A DNA stretch of 64,000 nt from Sphingomonadaceae bacterium (GTDB lineage Bacteria; Pseudomonadota; Alphaproteobacteria; Sphingomonadales; Sphingomonadaceae), in the NCBI GenBank assembly GCA_947463325.1, contig CANHQT010000010.1:962-64961 (forward strand), read 5' to 3'. Under the pieces are notes generated by a model that saw only the letters and a list, made by a program, of their open reading frames with translations, did not search any database and was not told the DNA's origin. The first letter of the stretch is position 1, and every line of letters starts with the position of its first letter. Position numbers and translations under genes: made by a program. Shown here in pieces: positions 1-9,638 of this stretch.

Positions 1-1
1 C

Positions 2-2392
2 CTGATGCTGATGCGCGAGACGGCGGGTAATCTCACCATTGCGCCCGAGGCGGTCGAGCGCGAGCGTGGGGTGATCGAGGCCGAGCGGCGTGCGCGCGAG
101 AGTTTCGCGCTGCGCAATTTCGAGGACCAGATCGACTTTCTGTTTGGCGAAAGCCGCCTCCCGTCGCGCATGCCGATCGGCACCAGCGAGGTGATCCGCA
201 CCGCGCCGGCGGAACGGCTGCGCGCCTTTTACGAGCGCTGGTACCGGCCCGAGCGGGCGACGCTGGTGATCGTCGGGGACATGAACCTCGACATGATGGA
301 AGCTGAAATCGCCCGCCGCTTCGGTGACTGGCGGGGGGTAGGCGAGGGTGTGCCGGTGCCGACGGCGGGGACGATGACGCTCGACCGGGCGGCAGCTGCC
401 GACGTTTTCGTCCATCCGGCTATCCCCGAGCAGGTGACGATCAGCTGGTTCAAGCCATGGCAGCTGGAGCGCGATACGCGCGCGCTGCGCCATCGCCGCA
501 TGCTCGAGTCCATTGCCGAGGGAGCGTTCGAACGCCGCCTGTCGCGGCTGGCGCTGGCGGCCGATGCGCCCTTCACCGCGGCGGGCCTCAGCGAGGGCAA
601 TAATTTCGATCTGGCAACCGGTCTCATCCTTTCCGCCTCGGCACGCGAGGGTGAATGGGCGCGTGCGCTGACCGCCATCGAGAATGAATATCGCCGCGCG
701 ATCGAGCATGGCTTTACCGAAGCCGAGATTGCCGAGCAGGTCGCCAATGCCCGCACCGCGATCCGCAACGAGGTGGCAGGCGTCGCCACGCGGCGCAGCG
801 GCGGGCTGGCAGCGCGCCTGCTTGGCGCAGCGGATGGTCGCAATGTGGTGACATCGCCGGCCACACGCGCCGCGCTGTTTGAGGCGTTCGCCCCCTCGAT
901 TACACCTGAGGCCGTGACGGATGCCTTTCGTGCGATGCGGGACGGGCTCGGCCAGCCGCTGGTCCGGGTGACAGCCAAGACCCCGGTAGAAGGCGGAGAG
1001 GCAGCGGTGCTTGCCGCGTTCGCCAATGCCCGCGCTGTTGCCGTCCTCCCGCCCGAAGCCCGCGCTGCGGCTGCCTTTGCCTATACAGATTTCGGGGCTC
1101 CGGGCGCTGTCGTCAGCGATGACCGGATCGAGGATCTCGGCATCCGCCGCATCCGTTTTGCCAATAATGTGATGCTGAACATCAAGCGTACCGAGTTTGA
1201 GGATGACCGTATCCGCATCCTGGTGCGCGTTGATGGCGGGGCCTTGCTCGCTACACGTGAGGATCCGACCCGCGTCGCGCTGGGTTCGATCCTGCCGCTC
1301 GGCGGGCTGGAAGCGCATAGTGCGGACGAGCTGCGTTCAATCCTCGCCGGTCGATCGGTCGGGGGCGGATTTGGCATTGCCACGGACAGCTTCAACCTCT
1401 CGGCGGTGACGACGCCCACGGACCTTGTGCTCCAGACGCAATTGCTCGCGGCCTATCTGACGCGTCCCGGCTTCCGTCCCGAAGCGATCGACCTGCTGCG
1501 TCGGGTGCTGCCCCAGCAATATGCGCAGAGCGATGCGACGCCAGGAGCCGTGATCGGTCGCGATGCGGCATTCATCCTTGCCGACAACGATCCGCGCGTT
1601 GCGCAGCCGCCGCTGGAGCGGATGCTGGCGCTCGAATGGGATGGCTTCCGGCAGGCGGCGGGCAACAGCCTTTCACGCGGAGCGATCGAGATCGGCGTGG
1701 TCGGTGCGGTGGACGAAGATGCCGCCATCGCCGCCTTTGCCGCGACCTTTGGCGCGCTGCCGGAGCGCCATGCGGCGTTCGATCCGCGCGAAGCGGCGCG
1801 TGACCGTCGCTTTGCCAATGACCGTGCCCCACGCATCCTCACCCATCGCGGCGCTGCCGATCAGGCGGTGGTGCAGGCCTATTGGCCGGCGCGTGATGAC
1901 AGTGATCTGGGCGAGACAATCCGCCTCGACCTGCTGGCCGAAGTGATGGGCATCATGCTGACGGACGAGCTGCGTGAACGGCTGGGGCAGACTTATAGCC
2001 CCTCGGCCGGATCGAGCCTGTCAGCCGACTTCCCCGGCTATGGCTATCTGTGGACATCGACCAGCGTCGCCCCGGCTGACATCCCGGCGGTGGAGGCGGC
2101 GATTGATGGGATCGCCGCGCGGCTGCGCGAAGGGGCGCTGGATGAAGACCTCATCGCACGGGCGCGCACACCCTTTGCCGAACGGTTGCGCCAGTCACGG
2201 CGGGAAAACAGTTACTGGCTGGGCTATACCGCGATTGCGCAGAGCGATGAGGCGCGGCTCGATCGCAGCCGTCGCGCCATTGCCGAATTGCAGGCGGTGA
2301 CAGCAGGCGAATTGACCGAACTGGCCCGCCGTTACCTGACAGCAGAAGGTATGCTGCGTATCCGCGCGGTGCCCGAAGGATGGGCGCCATGA
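2..2392 (+). CDS. M16 (insulinase/pitrilysin) family zinc peptidase, C-terminal ~795 aa; the 5' end lies outside the window
   Basis: The frame is open from the window edge. It is a long M16-like two-lobed sequence. The stop TGA at 2390-2392 overlaps the next gene's start. Confidence 0.8.
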   Translation: MMLMRETAGNLTIAPEAVERERGVIEAERRARESFALRNFEDQIDFLFGESRLPSRMPIGTSEVIRTAPAERLRAFYERWYRPERATLVIVGDMNLDMMEAEIARRFGDWRGVGEGVPVPTAGTMTLDRAAAADVFVHPAIPEQVTISWFKPWQLERDTRALRHRRMLESIAEGAFERRLSRLALAADAPFTAAGLSEGNNFDLATGLILSASAREGEWARALTAIENEYRRAIEHGFTEAEIAEQVANARTAIRNEVAGVATRRSGGLAARLLGAADGRNVVTSPATRAALFEAFAPSITPEAVTDAFRAMRDGLGQPLVRVTAKTPVEGGEAAVLAAFANARAVAVLPPEARAAAAFAYTDFGAPGAVVSDDRIEDLGIRRIRFANNVMLNIKRTEFEDDRIRILVRVDGGALLATREDPTRVALGSILPLGGLEAHSADELRSILAGRSVGGGFGIATDSFNLSAVTTPTDLVLQTQLLAAYLTRPGFRPEAIDLLRRVLPQQYAQSDATPGAVIGRDAAFILADNDPRVAQPPLERMLALEWDGFRQAAGNSLSRGAIEIGVVGAVDEDAAIAAFAATFGALPERHAAFDPREAARDRRFANDRAPRILTHRGAADQAVVQAYWPARDDSDLGETIRLDLLAEVMGIMLTDELRERLGQTYSPSAGSSLSADFPGYGYLWTSTSVAPADIPAVEAAIDGIAARLREGALDEDLIARARTPFAERLRQSRRENSYWLGYTAIAQSDEARLDRSRRAIAELQAVTAGELTELARRYLTAEGMLRIRAVPEGWAP

Positions 2393-3288
2393 GGCGTGTC
2401 GCGACTGCCCTGATCCTTGCGAGCTTGCCGGCCTGCTCGGCCGTGGCCGAGCCCGCGCGCCCGGCACCGCAGCTGGCCGCCTATTTCGATTGTCTGCGCG
2501 AGCGTGGCGAGGCTGTGGTCTCTGCCCATCGGGCCGGTCCGGCGGCGGGCCTGCCGGAAAATGCGTTGGAAACGATGCGCGCCACGCTGGATGCAGACCC
2601 GCATGCCATTGTCGAGCTCGATATCCGGCGCAGCGCGGATGGTGTGCTGTTCCTGCTCCATGATGAGCGGCTGGAACGCACGACGACGGGCCGCGGGACT
2701 GCGGGCGAGCTGCGCTGGCGTGCGCTTTCACGATTGCGGCTGAAGGATGATGGCGGCGCGGTAACGCGGGCGCGCATCCCGAGCCTGTCCGACGCGCTGG
2801 AGCTGGCGCGGGAACGCGGCGCTATCGCCACGCTCGACGTGAAGCGGGGGGTGCCGTTTGCCGAGGTGGTCGCCGCCGTGCGCGCGGCGCGGGCAGAGCG
2901 ACATGCGACCATCATCACTTATAATGTGGAGGATGCCGCAGAGGTCGCCCGGCTGGCACCAGAGCTCATGATATCCATCGACGCCCCTTCGCGCGAGGCG
3001 CTCGACCGCCATCGGGCGGCTGGCATAGCGGTGGAACAGATGCTCGCCTTTACCGGTACGCGCGAGCCCCGCCTGCGCTGGATCAGCGCGCTGGAAGAAG
3101 AGGGTATCGAGCCGATTGTCGGCACGCTGGGTCGTCCGGGTAACCGTATCGACGACCGCTGGCTGGCCGATGGTGATGCCTCCGAATTTGTGGAGCTTGC
3201 CCGTCAAGGCGCGGTGATCATCGCCACTGATGCGCCGCGCGCCGTGGCGGCGGTGCTGCCCGACCCGACCTGCCGGATCAGTCCTTGA
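2380..3288 (+). CDS. glycerophosphodiester phosphodiesterase (GDPD) family protein, exported
   Basis: GDPD-like motifs (AHRAG...PENALE, ELDIRRSADGVLFLLHDERLERTT) follow an N-terminal signal or lipobox-like segment. An alternative start is ATG 2389. Confidence 0.8.
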   Translation: MGAMRRVATALILASLPACSAVAEPARPAPQLAAYFDCLRERGEAVVSAHRAGPAAGLPENALETMRATLDADPHAIVELDIRRSADGVLFLLHDERLERTTTGRGTAGELRWRALSRLRLKDDGGAVTRARIPSLSDALELARERGAIATLDVKRGVPFAEVVAAVRAARAERHATIITYNVEDAAEVARLAPELMISIDAPSREALDRHRAAGIAVEQMLAFTGTREPRLRWISALEEEGIEPIVGTLGRPGNRIDDRWLADGDASEFVELARQGAVIIATDAPRAVAAVLPDPTCRISP

Positions 3289-3427
3289 CCCGATAGCCGC
3301 AGATGATTCCGAAGATGAAGCTGGCAAAAATCGCCAGTTGCACTTGGCCATCGGGATCATACCAGCCGAAGGTATCATGGCCCCAGCCCCAGAGGCCGAT
3401 GAACATGGCGAGGGATAGCATTCCCAT
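3278..3427 (-). CDS. small hydrophobic protein (49 aa), not in the ORF track
   Basis: My own translation gives MGMLSLAMFIGLWGWGHDTFGWYDPDGQVQLAIFASFIFGIICGYRVKD. A GAGGA sits 8 nt upstream of the ATG, and there are two hydrophobic stretches. It overlaps the convergent GDPD gene's 3' end by 11 nt. Confidence 0.35.
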   Translation of the reverse strand: MGMLSLAMFIGLWGWGHDTFGWYDPDGQVQLAIFASFIFGIICGYRVKD

Positions 3428-3591
3428 CACATTCGTCCTCAATCGGTGCGGCGCGACCCGCTGGTTGTTCGAGCGCGGATCATCTGTGACAGATTATGGT
3501 GAAGATATTCCTGACAGCATCGCTTGCCCCGCACGGCGCAAGGCGGCATAGGCGCGGCCATTCCAACCCGCGCGCGCAAGGATGAGGCAGG

Positions 3592-3822
3592 ATGAAGGTC
3601 GAGGTATTCGTGACGTTGAAGCCCGGCGTGCTCGATCCGCAAGGCCGCGCTATCCAGCATGCCCTCGGCGGGCTCGGTTTCGCCGGCGTCAATGATGTGC
3701 GCGCCGGGCGCTATATCCAGCTCGATCTTGCCGATGGCACGAGCGAGGCCGATGTGCGCGCGATGTGCGAGCAACTGCTCGCCAACACGGTCATCGAGAA
3801 TTTCCGCATCACCGGCGTCTGA
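3592..3822 (+). CDS. purS: phosphoribosylformylglycinamidine synthase subunit PurS
   Basis: A 76-aa protein, [18 protein letters not shown]..., typical of PurS and immediately upstream of purQ. Confidence 0.95.
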   Translation: MKVEVFVTLKPGVLDPQGRAIQHALGGLGFAGVNDVRAGRYIQLDLADGTSEADVRAMCEQLLANTVIENFRITGV

Positions 3823-3851
3823 TCGCCCAATCCTTTTCAGGAGGCATCGCC

Positions 3852-4517
3852 ATGCCCGCAGCTGTCATCGTCTTTCCCGGTTCCAATTGCGACCGTGACA
3901 TGGCCCGCGCGATCGAGCTGGTGACCGGCCGTGCGCCGGCGATGGTCTGGCATGGTGACACCAGCCTGCCCGACGGGACCGATTTTGTCGCGCTGCCCGG
4001 CGGCTTTTCCTACGGCGATTATTTGCGGTCCGGCGCGATGGCCGCGCGCAGCCCGGTGATGGGAGCGGTCAAGGCCGCCGCGCAACGCGGCGTTCCGGTG
4101 CTCGGCGTGTGCAACGGATTTCAGGTGCTGACGGAGGCGGGCCTGCTGCCCGGCGCGCTGATGCGCAATGCTGGCCTGAACTTCGTGTGCCGCGATGTCG
4201 CGCTCGATGTCGAAAACAGCCAGACCATCTTTACCGCGGGCTATGCCGCAGGCCAGCGCATCACCATCCCGGTCGCCCATCATGACGGCAATTATTTTGC
4301 CGATGCCGATACGCTTGACCGGATCGAAGGCGAAGGGCGCGTAGCCTTTCGCTATGCCGAGGTGGTCAACGGGTCAGCCCGCGGGATCGCCGGACTGGTC
4401 AGCGCCGGCGGCAATGTGCTGGGCATGATGCCTCACCCCGAGCGAGCGGTAGAGGATGCACACAGCAACCGTCAGGGCCTGGCGCTGTTCGAAAGCGTGC
4501 TCGGCGTTATCGCCTGA
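3852..4517 (+). CDS. purQ: phosphoribosylformylglycinamidine synthase subunit PurQ (glutaminase)
   Basis: [16 protein letters not shown]..., a GVCNGFQ nucleophile elbow and C-terminal MPHPER. ATG 3852 is preceded by GGAGG. The track ORF from 3765 is an upstream extension. Confidence 0.95.
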   Translation: MPAAVIVFPGSNCDRDMARAIELVTGRAPAMVWHGDTSLPDGTDFVALPGGFSYGDYLRSGAMAARSPVMGAVKAAAQRGVPVLGVCNGFQVLTEAGLLPGALMRNAGLNFVCRDVALDVENSQTIFTAGYAAGQRITIPVAHHDGNYFADADTLDRIEGEGRVAFRYAEVVNGSARGIAGLVSAGGNVLGMMPHPERAVEDAHSNRQGLALFESVLGVIA

Positions 4518-4574
4518 GGCGGCGGGGCCTGACACCGGCCAGCAGCCGTTTCAGCGGCTGGATTGCCACGCTGA

Positions 4575-5363
4575 TCATATCTTGGCGCGGAACGGCGTGA
4601 AATTGGTGTCGCTGTCGTAGAGATCGATGCCCTCGCGGCGTTTCAAGGTGCCGACCACCACATAGGTCGCGGGTGTCAGCGCGGCTTCCCATATGACCTT
4701 GAGCGCCCAGTTGGTCAGCATCACCGTGACGAGCAGTTCGTTCGACCAGATGCCGTAAAAGGCGAGCGGGTAGAAGATCATGCTGTCCACGCCCTGGCCG
4801 ACAAAGGTTGAGCCGATGGTGCGCATCCACAAGAAGCGCCCCTGCGTCATCAGCTTCATCCGGGCGAGCACATAGGAGTTGACGAATTCCCCGGCCCAGA
4901 AGGCGATGATCGAGGCGAGCACCAGCCGCCAAGTGTTGCCGAAAACCGATTCATAGGTCGCCTGACAGATGGCGCCCGGCGGCGCGGCGGTGTTGCTGCT
5001 GAGCAGCATCGCCCCGGATGCCGCGCATTCCCAACCGGCGCTGAACGGCATGGCGACCACCGCAAGGCTCATCACCGCGAGGAAGATGAGGGCTGCAAAG
5101 CCCGTCCAGATCACGCGGCGGGCGCGGGCATAGCCATAGACTTCGGTCAGCACGTCCCCGATCACATAGCTGACCGGAAAGAAGAGGATGCCTGCGCCGA
5201 ACACGAAGCCGTTCACGTCGGCAAGCTTGGACGCGCCAATGACATTGGACAGGAGGAGGACGGCGACAAACGCCGCCATCACTAGGTCATAATAGCGCAG
5301 CGGCCGCCCTTCGATGGCGGATGCGGAGACGGCGACGGGCTGTGCGTGCGGGGATTGAACCAT
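4575..5363 (-). CDS. yhhQ: queuosine-precursor transporter, YhhQ/VUT (DUF165) family
   Basis: A polytopic membrane protein with YhhQ-like segments (FFPVSYVIGDVLTEVYGY...). ATG 5363 is preferred over the TTG at 5399 used by the track. Confidence 0.8.
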   Translation of the reverse strand: MVQSPHAQPVAVSASAIEGRPLRYYDLVMAAFVAVLLLSNVIGASKLADVNGFVFGAGILFFPVSYVIGDVLTEVYGYARARRVIWTGFAALIFLAVMSLAVVAMPFSAGWECAASGAMLLSSNTAAPPGAICQATYESVFGNTWRLVLASIIAFWAGEFVNSYVLARMKLMTQGRFLWMRTIGSTFVGQGVDSMIFYPLAFYGIWSNELLVTVMLTNWALKVIWEAALTPATYVVVGTLKRREGIDLYDSDTNFTPFRAKI

Positions 5364-5423
5364 GGCCACCAGCTTTATCGATGTTTCCGCGCGCTGCAAT
5401 CCGCGCTAGGGGCTATGCGCCGC

Positions 5424-5500
5424 GCGCCCGTAGCTCAGCTGGATAGAGCACGTGACTTCTAATCTCGAGGCCGCAGGTTCGACTCCTGCCGGGCGCGCCA
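5424..5500 (+). tRNA. tRNA-Arg (anticodon TCT)
   Basis: Cloverleaf folded by hand. The acceptor stem GCGCCCG/CGGGCGC is a perfect 7 bp. D arm is GCTC-AGCTGGATA-GAGC, anticodon loop CTTCTAA, T arm GCAGG-TTCGACT-CCTGC, and CCA is encoded. Confidence 0.9.
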
Positions 5501-5508
5501 TTTTTCGT

Positions 5509-6207
5509 TCAGGATGAGAGGCCGACTGCCGCGCCTGCCAGCAGCGTGAAGGGCAGAGCCAGCGCGAGCATTGTGCCGAAGGGGATTTGCGCCTCTGCGG
5601 TGCCCTTGCCCCGGGCTATCGCCAATAGCGCCAGCACAAGACCCGCGAGTGCGGCGAGCAGCAGCATCAGTGGCAGCAGTGCCCAACCGGTCCATGCAGC
5701 AATGGCCCCGACGAAAGGCGGGTCGCCCCCGCCCATGCCTTCGCGGCCGCGGATAGCGCGGAACAATCGCGCGATGATCCACAGGCCGCCCCAGCCTGCA
5801 GCCGCACCGATCAGCCGATCCGTGAAGCTGGCGTCCATACCGGCTGCTGCCATGGCCCATCCGCCGATGGCCAGACCGCAGCCGAGGATCACCCAGCTCA
5901 GCCGGTGCGGCAGCCAATGATGGCGGGCATCAAGCAGCCCGGCGGTGAGCGCCAGCCAGCCCAGCAGCGCCAGCGCCGCGCCATTCCAGTCAGGGGATAA
6001 GGCCATCGCACCGGCACCGATCACCGCAGACGCGGCTTCGGTCAGCGGATGGAGCGGATCGATCCGCCCGCCGCAGCGGCGGCATTTGCCCGCCTGTGCC
6101 GCCCAGCTGAGCAGCGGAATCAGTTCGTGCACACGCAGCGATGACCCACAATGGTCACAGCGCGATCCACCCCGCAGGATGGTGATGCCTCTGGGCCAAC
6201 GCAGCAC
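5509..6207 (-). CDS. gspO: prepilin leader peptidase/N-methyltransferase GspO (A24 family); the start is uncertain (see findings)
   Basis: Cys-rich CxxC...CxxC segment (RCDHCG...CRRCGG), polytopic membrane body, last gene of the gsp operon. The conserved N-terminal helix lies upstream of the GTG start at 6207. Confidence 0.8.
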   Translation of the reverse strand: MLRWPRGITILRGGSRCDHCGSSLRVHELIPLLSWAAQAGKCRRCGGRIDPLHPLTEAASAVIGAGAMALSPDWNGAALALLGWLALTAGLLDARHHWLPHRLSWVILGCGLAIGGWAMAAAGMDASFTDRLIGAAAGWGGLWIIARLFRAIRGREGMGGGDPPFVGAIAAWTGWALLPLMLLLAALAGLVLALLAIARGKGTAEAQIPFGTMLALALPFTLLAGAAVGLSS

Positions 6208-6284
6208 GAGCGTGGCAAGAAAACTGCCGGCGATGAGGCCGGTAGACGCCCCCAGCCCGATGGCCCATTCAAGCGGCAGGCCGT

Positions 6285-6992
6285 TCAGAGCCGGCCCCGC
6301 ATCGTCCGGGTGAAGCCCTCTGCGGTGGGGCCGAAGCCTGCGGCGGAGAGTGCCGCGCCGAGCATCGGATCAGTCGCGCGGATGTGGAGGCGTGCGACAT
6401 AATTGCCCTCAGCATCCACGGTCATCACCAGCCGTTCCATGCCCGATTGTCCCGCCAGCGTCATCGCAAGCTGCCGCCCGTCGCATGACAGAGGCCCGGT
6501 AAGGCCGTTGGCAAGGCCCAGCCCGGCAAGGTTGAGCGCGGGAACCAGCGTGACCTGTCCTGCAGCCTCGCGGCAGGCACCGTCAGCGAATACCACTGTC
6601 GCATCGGCAAGGTCGACCCGCTCGATCATCAAGCTGTCGATCATGCCGCCCATGATGCTGCCGGTCATGCTGCGGATCGCGGTGCGCCTGATACCGCTTT
6701 CAACGATGCCGGTGAGGCCCCGGTCCGCCGCCGTGGCCGGCCGGTCGATGGCGATGCTCGCTCGACCGAGGAATAGCGGCAGAGGGCGCAAGGCCACATC
6801 AAAGGAGCCGAGATCGAGCGCGCCCGCTCGCACCTGTTCGAGCCGGCCGTCCCAGATGGTGCCACCGGCCGCGCGCGCGGCAATGCGTTCGTCATCCGGC
6901 CCGGCGATGGCGAGTGCGAAGCGGAGCGGCAGGAACAGGATCGCGGCTGCGATACCCGCAAGGATCAGCCAGAAACGCCCCTGCCGGGTCAC
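6285..6992 (-). CDS. gspN: type II secretion system protein GspN
   Basis: 235 aa with an N-terminal TM segment and a GTIWDG motif. It sits between gspM and gspO, and its GTG start overlaps the gspM stop (GTGA). Confidence 0.7.
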   Translation of the reverse strand: MTRQGRFWLILAGIAAAILFLPLRFALAIAGPDDERIAARAAGGTIWDGRLEQVRAGALDLGSFDVALRPLPLFLGRASIAIDRPATAADRGLTGIVESGIRRTAIRSMTGSIMGGMIDSLMIERVDLADATVVFADGACREAAGQVTLVPALNLAGLGLANGLTGPLSCDGRQLAMTLAGQSGMERLVMTVDAEGNYVARLHIRATDPMLGAALSAAGFGPTAEGFTRTMRGRL

Positions 6993-7474
6993 GGGCGCCT
7001 CGCCAGCGTGGCGGTGAGCGCAACCGTGCCGTCGGCATTGGGCCGCATCACCAGTTCGCGCGCGACGATGCCCTGTCCTTCGAGCGTATCGATCCAGGCA
7101 AGTGCCGCGCCCGCGCGGGCATTGGCGATGGCGACGGCGGCAGCATCCTGACCCTGAGGTTCGTTGCGCGAGAGAGTGAAGCCGCGCTCGGCCGCTGACT
7201 GGCCGATGACAAGATCGAGTGTCGCGGCCGGGGCCGATGCGGCCGGAGCTGGCTGATCCCCGATGCGGCGCAGCAGCGCGACGCGCGCCATCACCGCACC
7301 GTGCCGGTCAACCGCCTCGGCATGGGCTGCCCCGGCATCAGCGAGTGCGCTGCGCAGCGGCGTGAGGATAAGGAACCAGCCTACCACCAGCGCGGCGAGG
7401 GCACCGGCGATGCCCACCAGCCAGCGCTCGCGCAGCGACAGCGCATCCCACCAGCTCTGCAGCCGTGCGATCAT
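6989..7474 (-). CDS. gspM: type II secretion system protein GspM
   Basis: 161 aa: MIARLQSWWDALSLRERWL... followed by a single TM. ATGA overlap with the gspL stop. Confidence 0.8.
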   Translation of the reverse strand: MIARLQSWWDALSLRERWLVGIAGALAALVVGWFLILTPLRSALADAGAAHAEAVDRHGAVMARVALLRRIGDQPAPAASAPAATLDLVIGQSAAERGFTLSRNEPQGQDAAAVAIANARAGAALAWIDTLEGQGIVARELVMRPNADGTVALTATLARRP

Positions 7475-8610
7475 GGGGCGCTCCTGATGGTGATGTCGGC
7501 GAGCGTGCGGCCGTCGGGTGCGGAGCGGGGCTGGGCGGTGATGCTATAGCCCGCCGCCTGGATCGCGATCAGCACAGGATTAATGTCTTCGGCGCGCGGT
7601 GCCCCCAATGTCGCCGAAAGCGTGCCATCGCCATTCCAGGAGAGGCTGTCGATGGCGACATTGGGCTGCGATTCCATCGCCGTGATCAGGCCGGCGATGA
7701 CGACTGCCGGCCGCGCGGTGCCGGCACCGCGCTGTGCCAGTTCGGCATCAAGCGCGGCAACCGCCTGATCAAGCGGCGGGGCAGGGCGCAGGACTGATGC
7801 AGCGGCTGCCTCCGCTTCGCTGTCGAGGCTGGCGATGTCGGCATGGGTATGGATGAGGCGCGCGACAGCGATAGCGATGCTGACCGCGATGATCAGCGCG
7901 ATGATGGTTGCCGCACGGCGCAGCAGCGCGCGGTCGATCAGCGGGGCGGGCCGCCGGGCGAAGGGGCCGGTGAGCAGCTCTACTGGCGCCGCGACGGCAG
8001 CGGCGATCAGTGCGGATTCAACCTCTGCCTTGCCGGCTTCGCGCAAGGGGGCGTCGCCGATGATGTGCGGGGTCAGCAGCGGATCATCGGCGAAGCTGCT
8101 GTCACGCCCGCGCACGACACGCTCGGGACCGAGTGTGCTGACCACCCAGGCGTTGGCGGGGTCGCCGGGAGCTGCATCGACCAGTGCGACCGCTCCAGCC
8201 GGAACAAGGCTATCGAATGCGAGCTCATGTGTGGCCGCCTCTGCCAGCCATTGCTGCATCGCCGCCAAAGCGACGGCGGCGACCGGTGCACATCCCTCGC
8301 CGTCACGGGGGCCGATGGCGACATGCAGCGTTTCTGGCGGGGCGATGCTTGTCTCGGCAGCGAGGAGGCGTGCGCCGACCTCTGCCTGCCGTTCGCTCAG
8401 CCCCGCAAAGCTGCTCTGATGCAGAATACAGGCGGATGCGGGCGCGATGCCGATGACGCGTGTTTCCCCATCTGGGGCGTCGGCTTGCGCCCAGATTGTC
8501 GGCCAGCCTTCGCCGTGCGCGACGATGCCACCATCGCGCAGACGCCACCAATGCGGGGCATCGCCAGCACGCGCGGCAAGCGCGATGATCAGGGCGTTGG
8601 CGGCGTTCAC
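7471..8610 (-). CDS. gspL: type II secretion system protein GspL
   Basis: 379 aa with a cytoplasmic domain, a single TM (AATIIALIIAVSIAIAV) and a periplasmic domain. Position in the operon fits gspL. Confidence 0.8.
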   Translation of the reverse strand: MNAANALIIALAARAGDAPHWWRLRDGGIVAHGEGWPTIWAQADAPDGETRVIGIAPASACILHQSSFAGLSERQAEVGARLLAAETSIAPPETLHVAIGPRDGEGCAPVAAVALAAMQQWLAEAATHELAFDSLVPAGAVALVDAAPGDPANAWVVSTLGPERVVRGRDSSFADDPLLTPHIIGDAPLREAGKAEVESALIAAAVAAPVELLTGPFARRPAPLIDRALLRRAATIIALIIAVSIAIAVARLIHTHADIASLDSEAEAAAASVLRPAPPLDQAVAALDAELAQRGAGTARPAVVIAGLITAMESQPNVAIDSLSWNGDGTLSATLGAPRAEDINPVLIAIQAAGYSITAQPRSAPDGRTLADITIRSAP

Positions 8611-8616
8611 CCAGGC

Positions 8617-9630
8617 TTATCCTTCACTGCCCCAGCTGCGGCGCACGACGCGGGCGCGCTGACCCTGTTCACCGGCATCAATCAGCGCGCTTGAACCCAA
8701 GGTTACATCCCCCAATCGCACATTCGTCTCCAACCGGAACCAGCGTGTCGTGAGCCGAACCTGGCTGGCGGCATCACCCGGCGGTGCGATACCGCCCAAA
8801 GCAGGATCCGCCCAAAAGCGATTGACGCTGCCATAGCCGCCGCTTGGCCGCGCTGCCAGTGCAGTCCTGGCTTGCGCCGGCGAAATCCGGTTGCCGGTCA
8901 GCATTTGCAGCAGCACCGCTTGCTCTGGCAGCAATGTGTTGACGTTGATGGGGGACAGATCGTCGGCCGGCAGCGCGCAGGTCCAGCGGCTGAGGCGTTG
9001 CGCAAGGGCGGGGGTCATGCCCGCGATCTGCGCCAGTTCACCTGCGCTTGCCATCGGCCGGTCTGCAGTGCGGCGGGCGGGGCTGGCGGCGGCATAGGCG
9101 GAATCTTCCGCGCCATTGGGCATGGCCGACTGGTCAGCATCGATCCAGTCCACTGCGCCTGCCACGATGCGGTCGGCGGTGGCGCGGTCGGTGCCGAGCC
9201 CTTGGAGCAGGGCAGTGAATTGCTGAATCGCGAGCGGGCGGGGCGGCGCAATGCCGCCGCTCTCTCCCGCTTGCGAGGTTGCCACCAGACTGTTGATGTT
9301 GAAGCAATTGCCGCCATCGGTCAGCCGCATTTCCGCCGACCCGCCGGGCAGCGGCAGGGTGAAGGTTCGGCCGTGCCAGCCGCCGTCGAGTGTCACCTGG
9401 CTGTCGTTCGCGGCCAGCAGCGTATCGATGCGGCGCAGCGCCAGCGCTTCTCCGGCCATCGCGAAATGGCGCGCCTGTTCCATTGCGGAGGCGCTCCCCG
9501 CCAGTCGTGTTGCCAGCGTCAATCGCTCGACCGCCGCAGCAGACACCACCGCCATCACCGCCACCAGCAACAGCACGGTGAGCAACGCCGCGCCCCGCTC
9601 GCGGGCGGGAAAGGCAGAGGAAGACTCCAC
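8617..9630 (-). CDS. gspK: type II secretion minor pseudopilin GspK
   Basis: N-terminus is MESSSAFPARERGAALLTVLLLVAVMAVV if GTG 9630 is used. An in-frame ATG at 9729 would read through a palindromic repeat element. The track ORF start at 9864 is an artefactual extension. Confidence 0.8.
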   Translation of the reverse strand: MESSSAFPARERGAALLTVLLLVAVMAVVSAAAVERLTLATRLAGSASAMEQARHFAMAGEALALRRIDTLLAANDSQVTLDGGWHGRTFTLPLPGGSAEMRLTDGGNCFNINSLVATSQAGESGGIAPPRPLAIQQFTALLQGLGTDRATADRIVAGAVDWIDADQSAMPNGAEDSAYAAASPARRTADRPMASAGELAQIAGMTPALAQRLSRWTCALPADDLSPINVNTLLPEQAVLLQMLTGNRISPAQARTALAARPSGGYGSVNRFWADPALGGIAPPGDAASQVRLTTRWFRLETNVRLGDVTLGSSALIDAGEQGQRARVVRRSWGSEG

Positions 9631-9638
9631 ATGCCCAT

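Noticed and set aside
5364-5423. A possible preQ1 riboswitch in the short leader of the YhhQ-type queuosine precursor transporter.
   Set aside because: I could not fold the 60-nt leader into a preQ1-I, -II or -III-like pseudoknot. It also lacks the characteristic A-rich tail and conserved loop residues. An Infernal scan would settle this.
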